DNA of 64,000 bases from the NCBI GenBank assembly GCA_964349125.1, contig CAYGFH010000001.1, positions 325,408 to 389,407 on the forward strand, given 5' to 3'. The translations under genes and the position numbers were made by a program. Shown here piece after piece: positions 39,045 to 48,667 of the stretch. The DNA comes from an uncultured Gammaproteobacteria bacterium (GTDB lineage: Bacteria; Patescibacteriota; Microgenomatia; UBA10105; UBA927). The notes below the pieces were generated by a model. That model worked only from the letters and a program-made list of their open reading frames with translations. It ran no database searches and was not told the DNA's origin. The first letter of the stretch is position 1, and every line of letters starts with the position of its first letter.

Positions 39045-39524
39045 TTACTCCTTACTCACTGTGCGCCTCATTTTTAAACTTCGAAGCGCTTCCATGGTGG
39101 CGTATACATTTGACGCCTGATTTTTACTGCCAAGGATCTTTGATACTACGTCACGAATGCCTGCAGCATCCACTACTGCACGGATTGCTCCGCCCGCAAT
39201 AACTCCGGTTCCAGGAGGTGCTGGCTTTAACATAACACGTGCTGCGCCTAATTTTATATGTACCTCGTGTGGGATGGTTGTTCCTTTCATAGGAACGGTT
39301 AGCAAATGCTTTTTGGCGTACGATACTGCTTTTCGCACTGCTGCAGATACATCAGGAGCTCCTCCGAGTCCAACACCAACTCTGCCTTTTTTGTCTCCCA
39401 CTACTGCCAAGACAGAAAATCCAACTTTGTTTCCACCTTTGGTTTTTTTGGAGACGCGATTTACCTGGACGATTTTCTCATCGAATTCGCTAGGTACCCT
39501 TTCACCTTTTTGTTGAAATCTCAT
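39045..39524 (-). CDS. rpsE: 30S ribosomal protein S5
   Basis: S5 dsRBD plus a C-terminal domain (KGG....F.VL.VVGD..G.VG.G.G). Confidence 0.9.
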   Translation of the reverse strand: MRFQQKGERVPSEFDEKIVQVNRVSKKTKGGNKVGFSVLAVVGDKKGRVGVGLGGAPDVSAAVRKAVSYAKKHLLTVPMKGTTIPHEVHIKLGAARVMLKPAPPGTGVIAGGAIRAVVDAAGIRDVVSKILGSKNQASNVYATMEALRSLKMRRTVSKE

Positions 39525-39850
39525 ACTATGATTCCTCCTTCACGAACGCTTTCTGCAAGTGATTTCACAACACCATGATATCTGTACCCACTTCGATCAA
39601 ATACAACTGATGTGATGTTATGTTTTTTCAATAATTCGACGACCGTTGTCCCGAGTTTCTTTGCGTTTGCGACTGTCGCACCTTTCACAGTCTCTGAAAA
39701 CAGCGTCACACCTTTTTCATCGTTGATAACCTGAGCATAGATAGCGGCATTTGAACGAAACACAGCAAGTCGTGGACGAGCTTCCGTGCCATTCACCTTC
39801 GCTCGAATGCGAAGTTTGCGATGTTTTCGTTGTACATTTTTATTTTTCAT
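39521..39850 (-). CDS. rplR: 50S ribosomal protein L18
   Basis: RLAVFRSN..IYAQ block and a C-terminal FDR.G..YHGVV block. Confidence 0.85.
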   Translation of the reverse strand: MKNKNVQRKHRKLRIRAKVNGTEARPRLAVFRSNAAIYAQVINDEKGVTLFSETVKGATVANAKKLGTTVVELLKKHNITSVVFDRSGYRYHGVVKSLAESVREGGIIV

Positions 39851-39874
39851 AATGTTCCTTTATATACGCATCTG

Positions 39875-40426
39875 TTACTTTGCCGCTGCGCCTGCAGCTT
39901 TTGCTTTCCCAGCTTTTCGTCGTACATACTCACCTTCATATTTAATACCTTTTCCTTTGTATGGCTCCGGCTTTCGCACTTCACGGATTTTTGCGGCAGC
40001 CTGTCCGACAGCCTGTCTGTCGATACCGGAAACCTGTATTTTACCGTCTGCAACTCCAAATGTAATGCCCTGAGGCGGGGTAACGGTCACCTGATGTGAA
40101 AATCCGACTGACAATACCAAGTTCGCACCACTCAAAGCTGCACGATACCCGACTCCTGATAATTCCAAGGTTTTTGTCCAACCTTTTGTGACTCCGGTAA
40201 CCGCATTTGAGAGTACAGCTCGCATATATCCATGCAAAGATTTACTTGTTTTATCGTTATGTTTACGTTCTACACGAACTGTTTCTCCGTCAATTGTGAC
40301 AGATACCTGTTTAGGAACGGGTACAACGACTGTGCCTTTTGCCCCTTTTACAGTGATGGCATCACCCTCAAGAGTGAGTGTGACATCTTTTGAAATTGTT
40401 ATGATTGCATTCCCTATTCTAGACAT
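39875..40426 (-). CDS. rplF: 50S ribosomal protein L6
   Basis: Two-domain L6 (MSRIG...I......V.V.GP.G) with a Lys/Ala-rich C-terminal tail. Confidence 0.9.
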   Translation of the reverse strand: MSRIGNAIITISKDVTLTLEGDAITVKGAKGTVVVPVPKQVSVTIDGETVRVERKHNDKTSKSLHGYMRAVLSNAVTGVTKGWTKTLELSGVGYRAALSGANLVLSVGFSHQVTVTPPQGITFGVADGKIQVSGIDRQAVGQAAAKIREVRKPEPYKGKGIKYEGEYVRRKAGKAKAAGAAAK

Positions 40427-40432
40427 ATATAT

Positions 40433-40825
40433 TTACCAAGTTGTACACAATATTTCTCCGCCAATACCTTTTTTCTTTGCATCTCGTCCTGTCATGATAC
40501 CCTGAGGTGTTGACACGATTGCAATACCCATACCTCCCACAACCGTCGGAATTGACTGTTTGTTTACATACAGCCTGAGACCTGGCTTACTGATTCTCTT
40601 AACACCGGTGATAACAGGTGTCTTTCCAACGTATTTAATGGCAATCTTCAGTCTGCTTTTTGGATCTGTCCCTGTTTTTTCAATAGCTCCAACATACCCT
40701 TCCTGAGAAAGGATTTTTGCAACTTCCATCTTCATACGTGAGTATGGAAGATCAATTGACTGTAGTCCAGCCATTGATGCATTTTTTATTTGAGCTAATA
40801 AATCTCCTACTGGGTCATTTACCAT
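40433..40825 (-). CDS. rpsH: 30S ribosomal protein S8
   Basis: DP..D.L..I.NA block and a C-terminal GGEILC..W. Confidence 0.9.
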   Translation of the reverse strand: MVNDPVGDLLAQIKNASMAGLQSIDLPYSRMKMEVAKILSQEGYVGAIEKTGTDPKSRLKIAIKYVGKTPVITGVKRISKPGLRLYVNKQSIPTVVGGMGIAIVSTPQGIMTGRDAKKKGIGGEILCTTW

Positions 40826-40837
40826 ATATCTCCTTTG

Positions 40838-41023
40838 TTACCATGATGCCTTTATTACACCCGGCAATTCTCCTTTATGTGCTAATTCTCTAAAGCATAA
40901 TCTGCATGTTCCAAATTTCCGCATATATGCACGAGATCTACCACAAAGCGAACACTTATTCCGATATCGTACTGTATATTTTTGTTTATGATCAAATTTT
41001 ACTATGTCTGATGTTTTAGCCAT
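40838..41023 (-). CDS. rpsZ: 30S ribosomal protein S14 type Z (zinc-binding, 61 aa)
   Basis: Short S14 with CxxC...CxxC (CSLCGR...CRLCFR). Confidence 0.85.
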   Translation of the reverse strand: MAKTSDIVKFDHKQKYTVRYRNKCSLCGRSRAYMRKFGTCRLCFRELAHKGELPGVIKASW

Positions 41024-41024
41024 A

Positions 41025-41567
41025 TTACTCCTTTACAAACGGCATGCCGAATAATGTCAACAGTGCTCTGCCCATTTCATCTGTCTTTGCCGTTGTTACG
41101 AATGACAATTCCATACCCCGTACTTTATCCACCTGATCGTATTCTAATTCCGGAAACATTGTCTGCTCTTTTATACCAATCGTATAGTTACCATGACCGT
41201 CAAATCCTCGCACCGGAATACCCCGGAAATCTCGAACGCGCGGCAATGCGATAGAAATGAACCGCTGCATAAAATCAAACATTCTTATTCCACGCAGAGT
41301 CACGCGAAGACCAACGATATCTCCCTCGCGGACTTTGAAGCTGGAAATGGCTTTTCTTGCCCGCATAACCTGAGGTTTTTGACCTGTGATTATCGCCATC
41401 TGGGCGGACATTTTTTCTACTACTTTTTTGTCTGACAATGCTTCTCCAAGTCCACAGTTCACGACAATCTTAGACAACTTTGGCACCGCCATGCGGTTTT
41501 TAATACCATGTGTTGTCATAAAGACAGGAACTATATTCTTCAGATAATTTTCTTCGATAGTATGCAT
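41025..41567 (-). CDS. rplE: 50S ribosomal protein L5
   Basis: Start reassigned to [14 protein letters not shown] (41567). The track's upstream extension would overlap rplX. Confidence 0.9.
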   Translation of the reverse strand: MHTIEENYLKNIVPVFMTTHGIKNRMAVPKLSKIVVNCGLGEALSDKKVVEKMSAQMAIITGQKPQVMRARKAISSFKVREGDIVGLRVTLRGIRMFDFMQRFISIALPRVRDFRGIPVRGFDGHGNYTIGIKEQTMFPELEYDQVDKVRGMELSFVTTAKTDEMGRALLTLFGMPFVKE

Positions 41568-41568
41568 A

Positions 41569-41874
41569 TTAAATCCTTGCCTCACATTTTTTACATATTC
41601 TCTCTTTATCGCCTTTTGAAACCAGATATCCGACTCTTGTTTGTTTACCACATTTTGGACAAACCAACGCGACCTTGCCCATGGATAAGCTCCTGGCGAA
41701 TTCTACGATACCGCCCGGATTCTTATCATCTCTCTTTTTCTGATGTCGTTTATAGATATTTATACCAGGAACCACAACTGTCTGTTCAGTTGCGTTTACT
41801 GATTCTACTTTCCCTTTGCGACCTTTATCTTTTCCCATGGTCACGATAATTTGATCACCTTTTTTCAGTTTCAT
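41569..41874 (-). CDS. rplX: 50S ribosomal protein L24 (with Cys4 zinc-ribbon-like variant C-terminal hairpin)
   Basis: KOW motif (MKLKKGDQIIVTMGKDKGRKGKV). The C-terminal region has CPKCGK...CKKCEA where canonical L24 has D/T...A/S. Confidence 0.85.
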   Translation of the reverse strand: MKLKKGDQIIVTMGKDKGRKGKVESVNATEQTVVVPGINIYKRHQKKRDDKNPGGIVEFARSLSMGKVALVCPKCGKQTRVGYLVSKGDKERICKKCEARI

Positions 41875-41878
41875 ATGC

Positions 41879-42253
41879 TTAGTATACCTCCGGTGCCATA
41901 CTCACAATCTTATCGAATCCACGGTCCTTAAGATCACGAGCTACCGGTCCAAATACGCGTGTTCCACGCGGATTTTTATCTTCTTTATTGTCAATAATTA
42001 CGCCAGCATTGTCATCAAATCTGATATAGGATCCGTCTTTGCGCCCAAATTCCTTATGTGTTCGAACGATGACCACTTTGACCATCTCGTCATCTTTGAC
42101 GATTCCGTTAGGATCCGCCTTTTTAACGATACACTGAACTATATCTCCTATAGATGCAAATTTGCGCTTTGATGCACCGTAAATATGAATTACGGTCATG
42201 TGCTTTGCACCCGAGTTATCTGCCACTGTTAATGCTGTCCTTCGTTGTATCAT
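41879..42253 (-). CDS. rplN: 50S ribosomal protein L14
   Basis: [13 protein letters not shown] block. Confidence 0.9.
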   Translation of the reverse strand: MIQRRTALTVADNSGAKHMTVIHIYGASKRKFASIGDIVQCIVKKADPNGIVKDDEMVKVVIVRTHKEFGRKDGSYIRFDDNAGVIIDNKEDKNPRGTRVFGPVARDLKDRGFDKIVSMAPEVY

Positions 42254-42259
42254 ATACGT

Positions 42260-42529
42260 TTACGCTTTCGCGGTTACCTCAAAATGTTTTGTTTTGGATA
42301 CCGGTTTGATCTCTGAGATCGTCACAGTATCGCCTTCTTTTACTTCAAATTTCGTATTGTGTGCAGCAAAATGCCGTAATTTTTTCATCGCTTTCTTGTA
42401 CAACGGATGACGGTGTGTTGTGGTCACGCCAACAATCACTGTTTGCAATGTCTTTGCGGACACCACCTTACCTGTCATTGTTTTTCGTATCGCTGCTTTC
42501 TTTGTTGTACTATCCGTTTGTTTATTCAT
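42260..42529 (-). CDS. rpsQ: 30S ribosomal protein S17
   Basis: OB-fold S17 (G.VVS.K..KT..V.V.....H..Y.K). Confidence 0.85.
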   Translation of the reverse strand: MNKQTDSTTKKAAIRKTMTGKVVSAKTLQTVIVGVTTTHRHPLYKKAMKKLRHFAAHNTKFEVKEGDTVTISEIKPVSKTKHFEVTAKA

Positions 42530-42728
42530 GTATTAACTCCTTTGCACGCAACACAGTTTGTGCTACCGCGATTTTTCGTCTCATTGCTGTCGCTTCCCGA
42601 ACGTTTTTAGACTGCTTACTATATCTGTTTACAAGATAATCTGCAAGCTTATGTTTTTCCTCTGTAATCAGTTTTACCAGTTCTGACTGACTCATGTTAT
42701 TGATTGCAGTTTTATTTTTCAGCTTCAT
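42522..42728 (-). CDS. rpmC: 50S ribosomal protein L29
   Basis: A 68-aa helical protein in the canonical position between rplP and rpsQ, with the L..EL.....L..LRF pattern. Confidence 0.8.
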   Translation of the reverse strand: MKLKNKTAINNMSQSELVKLITEEKHKLADYLVNRYSKQSKNVREATAMRRKIAVAQTVLRAKELIHE

Positions 42729-43138
42729 ACAGTCTCCCTTGAAACAAATTTTGTTCGAACCGGCAATTTCGCACTTGCCAATCTCATTGATTCTTTTGCG
42801 TCTGCCAGATTTACACCACTCATTTCAAATAACATACGTCCAGGTCGGACTACCGCAACATATTCATACACATCGCCTTTTCCACTTCCCATGCGGGTTT
42901 CCGGTGGTTTTTTGGTAATTGGCTTATCCGGAAAAATCCGAATCCAAATCCGTCCACCCCGCTTGGTGTAATGTGTCAACGCGCGTCTTGCTGCTTCGAT
43001 TTGTCTACTGGTTACCCATGCACCCGTTATAGCCTTCAGACCATAGTCTCCAAAGCTTACTTTGGATCCACGGATTGATACACCGGTGCGTGCGCCTCTA
43101 AATTGTTTTCGATGTTTTGCTCGTTTTGGTGCTAACAT
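42725..43138 (-). CDS. rplP: 50S ribosomal protein L16
   Basis: ML.PKR.K.RK..RG and R.G.GKG....WV block. Confidence 0.9.
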   Translation of the reverse strand: MLAPKRAKHRKQFRGARTGVSIRGSKVSFGDYGLKAITGAWVTSRQIEAARRALTHYTKRGGRIWIRIFPDKPITKKPPETRMGSGKGDVYEYVAVVRPGRMLFEMSGVNLADAKESMRLASAKLPVRTKFVSRETV

Positions 43139-43141
43139 AGG

Positions 43142-43819
43142 TTAACTCTTTCTACAAATCCAAACTTTTACGCCAATGTACCCTGATTTTGTGAGTGCCG
43201 GAACTATCGCAAAGTCTACTTCTTCTCGAATCGTAGACAATGGAACAGATCCCGCTCCATATTTCTCACGACGTGCAATTTCAGCTCCACCGATACGACC
43301 TGCCAACAAAATTTTGACACCCTTAGCTCCTGCTCCCATAACCCGCTCCAGTGTCTGTCCACATACTCTCTTTGGAGGCATGCGACGCACGATCTGATCA
43401 GCGATATTTTGTGCTACTAAAAACGCATTCAGATTAGGTTCCTTTACCGGCTCTACTGACAATTCAACTTTGAGCTTTGCCACTTCGCCTTTTCCGGTAA
43501 CCTCGTATGGGTTAACTGACTGCTTCTGTTTACCTAAAAATCGTTCAATATTTTTCTTAAGATCTTCGAGTCCGCTTCCACCTCTGCCGATAACGACACC
43601 CGGTCTTGACACAAACAATATGATTTTGATCTTATTTATTGATCTCTCAATGATAACGTTTGAGAGTCCAGCGGGTTTGAGCTTATCCATTAATTGTTCC
43701 CGCAAAATAGCATCTTGATATACGAGCTCTTTGTAGTGTTTGCTGTCTGCGAACCATTTGGATCCCCAGCCGAACACTGTGCCTACCCGGAAACCTTTTG
43801 GATTAATTTTTTGTCCCAT
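43142..43819 (-). CDS. rpsC: 30S ribosomal protein S3
   Basis: MGQKINP.GFR.G, a KH domain, and a C-terminal domain. Confidence 0.9.
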   Translation of the reverse strand: MGQKINPKGFRVGTVFGWGSKWFADSKHYKELVYQDAILREQLMDKLKPAGLSNVIIERSINKIKIILFVSRPGVVIGRGGSGLEDLKKNIERFLGKQKQSVNPYEVTGKGEVAKLKVELSVEPVKEPNLNAFLVAQNIADQIVRRMPPKRVCGQTLERVMGAGAKGVKILLAGRIGGAEIARREKYGAGSVPLSTIREEVDFAIVPALTKSGYIGVKVWICRKS

Positions 43820-43822
43820 ATA

Positions 43823-44167
43823 TTACTCCTTTTTCCCACTTTCATCTGTCAAGATAATTCGTACGTGTGTCATGCGCTTCTTATATCCGTGTGCCTGACC
43901 ACGGGAAACTGCGTGAAATCTCTTGAGAGCTGGTCCACCCATAATCTCGATTGTCTTAAAGCGCAAATCCTCAATTTTAGCATTTTTTTGTGATGCATTT
44001 GAAATCGCAGATGCGAGCACTTTTGTCATAGACTCAGTTGCGGCTTTCGGCATATGGTCGAGCTGAATAAGCGCATCCGTCGGCTTCATAGGTCGGATTA
44101 AATCCGCAATAAGCCGAAGTTTTCGCGTACCAGTTCGAATATATTTTGATGTTGCTTGGTATTCCAT
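43823..44167 (-). CDS. rplV: 50S ribosomal protein L22
   Basis: S.RK.RL.ADLIR pattern. Confidence 0.85.
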   Translation of the reverse strand: MEYQATSKYIRTGTRKLRLIADLIRPMKPTDALIQLDHMPKAATESMTKVLASAISNASQKNAKIEDLRFKTIEIMGGPALKRFHAVSRGQAHGYKKRMTHVRIILTDESGKKE

Positions 44168-44172
44168 ATAAA

Positions 44173-44457
44173 TTATGTTTTATCCATTGTTCGCTTTGTA
44201 ACCTGTCCGTGACCTCTAAATGTTCTGGTCGGTGCAAATTCACCAAGCCTATGACCTACCATAAGCTCTGAGACAAACACTTCCGCATGAACACGTCCGT
44301 TATGTACTCCAAATTTATGACCCACAAACTCAGGCGGAATCTGACATGATCGTGCCCATGTCTTTATGATCACTTTTTCACCGCCTGCTTTTTGCTTCAT
44401 AACTTTTGCAAGCAGTTTTGGATCAATATATGCGCCTTTTTTGCTACTTCGTGCCAT
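44173..44457 (-). CDS. rpsS: 30S ribosomal protein S19
   Basis: MARS.KKG.....L..K and the [14 protein letters not shown] block. Confidence 0.9.
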   Translation of the reverse strand: MARSSKKGAYIDPKLLAKVMKQKAGGEKVIIKTWARSCQIPPEFVGHKFGVHNGRVHAEVFVSELMVGHRLGEFAPTRTFRGHGQVTKRTMDKT

Positions 44458-44458
44458 A

Positions 44459-45211
44459 TTACTTTCTCCTTTGTACTATAATCGTATCGCTATATTTTGT
44501 CGGTTTTCTTGTCTTTGTACCCAAAGTTCGCTTACCCCATGGACTCTTTGGTGATTTCAGTCCGATACCACTTCTTCCTTCTCCTCCGCCGTGCGGATGT
44601 GATCGTGGGTTTTGTGCCACACCGCGAACGGTTGGTCTGATACCCATGTGTCGGCTTCGTCCGGCCTTGCCAATAACTTCATTTCTGTGTTCTACATTTC
44701 CAATTTGCCCTATGGTTGCTTTGCAGATAGATGCAAACACACGTACTTCACCTGAAGGGAGCTTTAATTGTACCAGATCTCCATCTTTTGAGAGAACCGT
44801 TGCATATGAACCCGCACTTCGCATCATTTGTGCTCCGTGTCCGGGCTTAATTTCCACATTATGGACAATCGTGCCGACCGGCATACTGCCCAATTGCATA
44901 GCATTTCCCGGTTTGATATCTGCGTTGTTCCCTGAAACGATCGTCATGCCTACTTCTACTCCGACAGGTGCTGTGATATAGCGTTTTTCGCCATCTGCAT
45001 AATGCACAAGCGCGATCTCGGATGTTCTGTTTGGATCATATTCGAGCGCAGCGACTTTTGCCGGTATGCCATCTTTCTCTCTCATCCAATCAATTGATCG
45101 GTAAAATCTCTTATGACGACCACCCTGGTGCCTGACAGAGACATGTCCCTTGGCGTCTCGTCCAGAGTGCTTTTTTAAGATTCCAGTTAATGATTTATGT
45201 CCTTTATTCAT
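44459..45211 (-). CDS. rplB: 50S ribosomal protein L2 (N-terminally short form)
   Basis: GGGHK..YR.IDF-like block, the LEYDPNRT block, and a C-terminal GGGEG..G. Confidence 0.9.
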   Translation of the reverse strand: MNKGHKSLTGILKKHSGRDAKGHVSVRHQGGRHKRFYRSIDWMREKDGIPAKVAALEYDPNRTSEIALVHYADGEKRYITAPVGVEVGMTIVSGNNADIKPGNAMQLGSMPVGTIVHNVEIKPGHGAQMMRSAGSYATVLSKDGDLVQLKLPSGEVRVFASICKATIGQIGNVEHRNEVIGKAGRSRHMGIRPTVRGVAQNPRSHPHGGGEGRSGIGLKSPKSPWGKRTLGTKTRKPTKYSDTIIVQRRK

Positions 45212-45213
45212 AG

Positions 45214-45522
45214 TTATTTAGACTTAGATTCAGTTTCTTGCGGTGCTGTTATTTCAAATGCGTCGATTTTCTGACCTTTTTTCAATGTCACCATAGCTTT
45301 TTTCCAATCCGGCTTTGCCGTTGGAACAGCTTTGCGACCAACTCGCCTGACTTTGCCATGCATAGTGATAGTACGAACCTCTACGACATTGACCTTATAT
45401 ACTCTGGACACCTCTGTTGCTATCGTATGTTTTGAGGCATCGATATCTGCAACGAATGTATACCAACCACGACTTGCCAGTCGCAGAGTTTTTTCAGTAA
45501 TAAGTGGTCGTTTTACAATCAT
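45214..45522 (-). CDS. rplW: 50S ribosomal protein L23
   Basis: I..P..TEK...L block, in canonical position. Confidence 0.8.
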   Translation of the reverse strand: MIVKRPLITEKTLRLASRGWYTFVADIDASKHTIATEVSRVYKVNVVEVRTITMHGKVRRVGRKAVPTAKPDWKKAMVTLKKGQKIDAFEITAPQETESKSK

Positions 45523-45524
45523 AA

Positions 45525-46292
45525 TTATTTTTTGTTTACAATTTCCTGTACAAGAGCTACGGCATCTTTCATGATCACGATATGCTTATGTGTCAGCACA
45601 TCGTAGGTATTAAGTGATGTCGCAGGTACAATACTGATATCCTCTATATTTCGTGCAATTCTTGAAACTCCCGATGCATTAGCTGAGAGAACGATAAGTG
45701 AACGTCCCTCAACTCCCAAAGCTTTGAGAGATGATGCAATGGTTTTTGTCTTCAACTCGAGTTTTTCAAATCCTTCGACAATTGTGATTGCTCCCTCTTT
45801 CAGCTGAGATGTGAGTGCACTTGCGAGCGCTTTTCTTTTCATTTTTGTCGGCATCGTAAGGGAGAAATCGTGTGTGACCGGCCCAAACGCTACTCCACCT
45901 CCGACAAAGATGTGCGCACGGATATTTCCGTGGCGCGCACGACCTGTGCCTTTTTGCTTATAGATTTTACGTGTTGAACCTTCTACTTCGCCCCGTGTCT
46001 TTGTGTTTGCTCCACCTGCTCTTTGATTTGCCAGGTATACCCGGACAAATTGGGACATAAGCTGTGTGTTGATTTTTACACCAAATACTTCGCTGGGTAA
46101 TGAGAGTGTACCGACTTCTTTGCCATCTGTACCAAAGACCTGCGCATTCAGACCATCAACTTTTACAGCTTTTACCTTTTTAGATGCCGCAACAGATACC
46201 GTTTTTTGAACTTTTGTTTTCAACGCTGTGCCAGCGGCTTTCTTTGCCGGGACTTTTGCTGCTTTTTTTGATACGGTCTTTTTTGTTGCCAT
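45525..46292 (-). CDS. rplD: 50S ribosomal protein L4 (with ~45-aa Lys/Ala-rich N-terminal extension)
   Basis: L4/L1e core after an N-terminal extension (MATKKTVSKKAAKVPAKKAAG...). Confidence 0.85.
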   Translation of the reverse strand: MATKKTVSKKAAKVPAKKAAGTALKTKVQKTVSVAASKKVKAVKVDGLNAQVFGTDGKEVGTLSLPSEVFGVKINTQLMSQFVRVYLANQRAGGANTKTRGEVEGSTRKIYKQKGTGRARHGNIRAHIFVGGGVAFGPVTHDFSLTMPTKMKRKALASALTSQLKEGAITIVEGFEKLELKTKTIASSLKALGVEGRSLIVLSANASGVSRIARNIEDISIVPATSLNTYDVLTHKHIVIMKDAVALVQEIVNKK

Positions 46293-46293
46293 A

Positions 46294-46914
46294 TTAGATA
46301 ACTTTTTGAATCGTCAATAATCCGCCTTTGCCACCCGGCACCACGCCTTTGACAGTCATGGTATGAGCTGCGGAATCAATGGAAACGACAGAAAGGCCTT
46401 TCACGGTCACGGTATCGCTACCCATACGTCCGGCCATTCGTTTTCCTTTGTATACACGTCCCGGTGTGGTTGTTTGTCCAATAGAACCAGGTGCACGCTC
46501 GCGGTCAGACTGACCATGTGTGCGTGGGCCACCTGCAAATCCGTGTCTCTTTACTACTCCTGCAAATCCTTTTCCTTTGGAAATACCGGTAACCTGAATG
46601 ATATCTCCTACTTGAAACACCTTATCTACGGTGTATTCAACTCCCAATGCTAATCCTTCTTCTTTTTCTTCAACACGCACTTCACGCAAAAAACGGGGTC
46701 GTATTGTGAGCCCCGCTTTTTTTATATGTCCGTCAAGTGCCTTGGTTGTATGTTTTGCTGTACCAAATGAGAGTTGGACACTTCGGTAATGTCCGCCTTC
46801 AATAATCTTGGTAATAAAACATGGACCTGTCTGAATTGTGGTCACAGGAATCCGTTTACCCTCTGCGGTAAATTGTTGCGACTGTATTTGTTTTGTTCCT
46901 AGTAATGTGTCCAT
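46294..46914 (-). CDS. rplC: 50S ribosomal protein L3
   Basis: Start reassigned to MDTLLGTKQIQ (46914) by family alignment. The upstream in-frame extension covers a terminator-like hairpin. Confidence 0.85.
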   Translation of the reverse strand: MDTLLGTKQIQSQQFTAEGKRIPVTTIQTGPCFITKIIEGGHYRSVQLSFGTAKHTTKALDGHIKKAGLTIRPRFLREVRVEEKEEGLALGVEYTVDKVFQVGDIIQVTGISKGKGFAGVVKRHGFAGGPRTHGQSDRERAPGSIGQTTTPGRVYKGKRMAGRMGSDTVTVKGLSVVSIDSAAHTMTVKGVVPGGKGGLLTIQKVI

Positions 46915-46920
46915 GACAAT

Positions 46921-46945
46921 AAAAAAAATACCCCGCTCGGCGGGG
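46921..46945 (-). terminator. Terminator/attenuator-like hairpin in rpsJ-rplC spacer
   Basis: On the minus strand, CCCCGCCGAGCGGGG followed by TATTTTTTTT. It ends 6 nt before the rplC ATG. Confidence 0.4.
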
Positions 46946-47128
46946 TCATACATATGACACTTCCGAGACTTTTGGTATATCAAGATACTGAAGGTTTATG
47001 CCTTCATATCAAGACGTTAAGTATACCAGAGTATCCCTAAAATTACAACGGAGATAGAAAGTTCAGAGCGTACACAGTTCATAAGTACTTCCCTACGAAC
47101 CTTTGCTCTTCACTTTTTATACTGACGT

Positions 47129-47437
47129 TTACATTTTGATTTCCACATCGACTCCTGCTGGAAGATCTAAATGCATAAGCTGATCGATAGTTTTATCGGT
47201 CGGCTCCATGATATCGATCAAACGCTTGTGCGTTTTGATCATAAAATCTTCCCGGCTATTCCGGTCGATGAAAGGGCTACGTGCGACGTTAAAATGCTCC
47301 CGGTCTGTCGGAAGTGGCACAGGTCCAATAACCCGTGCTCCTGTCCGGACAGCTGTGTCCAGGATCTTCTGGCAGCAATCATCAATGATTCTGCTATCGT
47401 ATGCTTTTAAACGTACTCTAATTCTTCCTTTTGGCAT
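47129..47437 (-). CDS. rpsJ: 30S ribosomal protein S10
   Basis: IRI.LKA.D...ID and the GPVPLPT block. Confidence 0.9.
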   Translation of the reverse strand: MPKGRIRVRLKAYDSRIIDDCCQKILDTAVRTGARVIGPVPLPTDREHFNVARSPFIDRNSREDFMIKTHKRLIDIMEPTDKTIDQLMHLDLPAGVDVEIKM

Positions 47438-47479
47438 GTTAATAAATGCTCACACGCACCCTTAGGGCAGCTAAGAATG

Positions 47480-48667
47480 TTATGCGATAATCTTCGTAAC
47501 TACTCCTGCTCCTACCGTATGACCACCTTCTCGGAGTGCAAATCGTACTCCTTCTTCAAGTGCTACCGGCACGATCAGTTTTGCTGTCATCTTTGTACTA
47601 TCTCCTGGCATTACCATTTCTACACCCGCTGGCAATGTGACTTCACCAGTTACATCGGTTGTGCGGATAAAGAATTGTGGTCGGTATCCTGAGAAAAATG
47701 GTGTGTGTCGTCCACCCTCTTCTTTGGCCAAAATATAGATTTCAGCTTCAAATTCGGTGTGTGGTTTCACACTGCCTGCTGCAGCCAACACTTGGCCACG
47801 TTCCACTTGCTCTTTTTCAATACCTCGGAGCAAGACTCCTACGTTATCTCCTGCCAGTCCTTCGTCCAAGAGTTTTCGGAACATTTCAACTCCAGTAACG
47901 ACGGTATTCTGCGTTGGCTTAACACCGACGATTTCAATTGCGTCACTGACTTTGACCCGTCCTCTTTCGATACGACCTGTTACGACAGTTCCTCGACCTT
48001 TGATTGAGAAAACATCCTCAATTGGCATAAGGAATGGCTTATCCAGTTCTCGCTTCGGTTCTGGGAAATAACTGTCACAGGTATCCATAAGCTCCTGAAT
48101 CTTAGCTTCAGCTGCTGCGTCGCCCTGAATTGCCTTGATTGCACTGCCTCGGATAACTGGAATAGTGTCTCCTGGGAAATGATACTTTGTGAGCAACTCA
48201 CGGACTTCCATCTCGACGAGATCAAGAAGTTCTGGATCTGTAACCATGTCGCATTTGTTCATAAATACGACGATGGCCGGCACGTTTACTTGGTTTGCAA
48301 GCAGGATGTGCTCTCGTGTTTGTGGCATTGGGCCATCTGGAGCGGATACAACAAGGATTGCTCCGTCCATTTGGGCTGCACCAGTGATCATGTTTTTGAT
48401 GTAATCAGCATGTCCTGGAGCATCGATATGAGCATAATGCCTTTTGGCTGTCTCATATTCTGAATGATGAATGTTAATTGTAACTCCACGAGCTTTCTCT
48501 TCTGGTGCATTGTCGATATCTTCATATTTCAATGCCTTTGCAAACCCAGCTTTTGAGAGCACATGGGTAATTGCTGAGGTAAGTGTGGTTTTTCCATGAT
48601 CAACGTGACCGATGGTTCCGATGTTTAAATGTGGTTTGCTTCGACTATACTTTACTTGGTCAGCCAT
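47480..48667 (-). CDS. tuf: Elongation factor Tu
   Basis: G1 [11 protein letters not shown]3 DAPGH, and G4 NKCD motifs. RBS AAGGAGG upstream. Confidence 0.95.
   Translation of the reverse strand: MADQVKYSRSKPHLNIGTIGHVDHGKTTLTSAITHVLSKAGFAKALKYEDIDNAPEEKARGVTINIHHSEYETAKRHYAHIDAPGHADYIKNMITGAAQMDGAILVVSAPDGPMPQTREHILLANQVNVPAIVVFMNKCDMVTDPELLDLVEMEVRELLTKYHFPGDTIPVIRGSAIKAIQGDAAAEAKIQELMDTCDSYFPEPKRELDKPFLMPIEDVFSIKGRGTVVTGRIERGRVKVSDAIEIVGVKPTQNTVVTGVEMFRKLLDEGLAGDNVGVLLRGIEKEQVERGQVLAAAGSVKPHTEFEAEIYILAKEEGGRHTPFFSGYRPQFFIRTTDVTGEVTLPAGVEMVMPGDSTKMTAKLIVPVALEEGVRFALREGGHTVGAGVVTKIIA

Noticed and set aside
41568-41651. N-terminal extension of rplE (MVNKQESDIWFQ...)
   Set aside because: - It would overlap the rplX coding region.
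- The L5 family alignment starts at MHTIEEN (41567), giving a 1-nt gap to the rplX stop.
44406-44981. 191-aa plus-strand ORF and many other 60-130-aa ORFs antisense to ribosomal protein genes (e.g. 39157-39516, 40188-40505, 47705-48071)
   Set aside because: - Each is fully contained in, and opposite to, a highly conserved ribosomal or translation-factor gene.
- None has an RBS or recognisable motifs.
- They are spurious.
46915-46983. N-terminal extension of rplC (MIYQKSRKCHMYDPAERGIFFIV)
   Set aside because: - The extension translates a GC-rich hairpin plus T-tract (terminator-like).
- The L3 homology begins at MDTLLGTKQ.
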